64,000 nt of DNA from Vicugna vicugna (taxonomy: Eukaryota), in NCBI GenBank assembly GCA_013265495.1, contig MU058241.1, positions 1,303,249 through 1,367,248 on the forward strand. The letters are read 5' to 3'. A model generated the notes under the pieces. That model was given only the letters and a program-made list of their open reading frames with translations. It did not search any database and was not told where the DNA came from. The position numbers and the translations under genes were made by a program. This document shows positions 62,636-64,000 of this stretch, piece after piece (the first letter of the stretch is position 1; each line of letters opens with the position of its first letter).

Positions 62636-63744
62636 TTTGGATTAGTTTTAGCAGCTAGAATTCCCTCACTAACGCGGAATCTGAGTAACCTCAGGTAAGA
62701 CGTGCCATGTGTCTGAGAGATTCCGTTTACTCATCAGAAAATAATTTATGAGAAGGAAAGAAAGCAAATGAAAATAAAAATCATTTCTAGCCAAATTTAG
62801 TTTTATCATTACCATCATCTGATATGAATGTGGAAATACGCGGGTCTCACCTAAGTATGCACCTGAGATTTAAACGCTGTATTTCGTTGATTCTAAGCAC
62901 CGCATGTGAAACTAGCACATGTCTTACAACAGATGGGCATGGTCAACGTGACATTTCGACACATTTTCTTAGCAGTATTTTTAATGCAGCTACAACTTTC
63001 AGTCTATGCTGTGAGATCTGATGAAGTCGCATTCTCTCTGCTGGATTCCAAGACTGTAATTGCCATAGATTCTACTCCTCCAGGATTAAGCCACCCTTCT
63101 CCGCGGCTACATTTGGGAGAAAAGCTAGGGTGTTTCACAGTCAAGGCCAAGGGAATGAAATCTGGCATGGTCTGCTCACAGGGCTACATCTTCAGGGTTG
63201 GAGACTGTCAGGACACCAGGGACCTTCTGATGTCCCCAAGCCAAGTACACTGCCTGAGATAAAACATTAACATAAGGATGGATGCAACGTTTAATTTTGT
63301 CATAGCAGCGGCAGCACGGACACATGGAAATACGGCGCGAGGAGGAACCACCGTCAAGTCCTAAAGCTCCCATCGCACCATAACTAGACGATGACTAATT
63401 TCTATTAAACCTTGCTATCTGCGTTTGATACATCTCACTGACTGCACCATAATATTAAATACACAACAATTCAACAGGTCATTGACACCTAATCTAAACA
63501 TAATTCCTAGGAGTAGAGATAAATATGTGGAAATTCCAATGTGCCACACTATCTACTCTCCCAGGACAGATCACCAGGATAATTTACTTTTTAAAATGTC
63601 CATGAAATGTTTCCCTGCCTTTGCTCCTTCAGAGAACTCCTCTGAACAAGTCCCAGCTGCAGATGGCTCAGAAAGCCATCTTCCTTATTTAGGCTTGTTC
63701 CGTGTCTTGCTGACAACTCAATCTAAGACACAACGCTGACGTAA

Positions 63745-64000
63745 AACAGACATCCGCGGATGATGGCCCCAGGCCAAACCTGGCCCAGTGTTTGCTTTTA
63801 TACACTGCATGAACTGAGGATTTTAATTTTTTTTCTTTGCACTTTCAAACGTTTGGGAGAAATTAAAAAGAATATTTTGTGACACGTGAAAATTCTGTGA
63901 AAACCTGACTGAAATACAGCCATGTTTGCTTCTGCATTGTCTCTGGCTGCTTCTGGGTCATAAAGCCTGAAATGTTTACTGTATGTTGCTTTGCAGAAAA
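63745..64000 (+). mobile_element. MER58B-like MITE
   Basis: gatggccccaggccaaacctggcc...aaaagaatattttgtgacacgtgaaaattctgtgaaa...cagccatgtttgc...aaagcctgaaatgtttactg...tttgcagaaaa. Confidence 0.75.

Noticed and set aside
1..64000. MER58-like elements at both window ends as termini of a giant composite transposon
   Set aside because: They are common old MITEs in the same orientation, and their position at the window edges is coincidental.
1..64000. Naming the host gene
   Set aside because: No coding exon is recognisable, so any gene name would be a guess without an alignment.

Overview
This is mammalian genomic DNA, very probably camelid (alpaca, llama or camel). The inference rests on five short tRNA-Ala-derived SINEs of the camelid Vic-1 type and on cetartiodactyl-style L1 3' ends. 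I find no credible protein-coding exon, RNA gene, CpG-island promoter or intact mobile element, and the only ORFs with recognisable protein similarity are broken L1 ORF2 fragments. The window reads as a long intron or intergenic stretch. It is filled with L1 fragments of several ages, ERV1/ERVL solo LTRs, MaLR (MLT1) LTRs, hAT-Charlie MITEs (MER5, MER20, MER58), MIR remnants and microsatellites, with repeat-free motif-dense islands that may be enhancers. L1 orientation bias suggests a host gene on the minus strand. I did not find a new multi-gene biological system. The observations most worth checking are: (1) three inserts flanked by target-site duplications (TSDs) that carry non-L1 sequence (9506-9891, 18527-18977, 37853-37939), consistent with L1-mediated transduction or retrocopying; (2) a near-perfect 555-bp tandem duplication; (3) a dispersed ~150-bp local duplication; (4) a degenerate ~32-bp minisatellite with a palindromic core; (5) a 46-bp near-perfect palindrome; (6) an E-box/CLEAR-motif cluster; (7) three candidate short exons. 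Repeat family names come from recalled consensus similarity, not from a database search, and boundaries are approximate unless a TSD is given.
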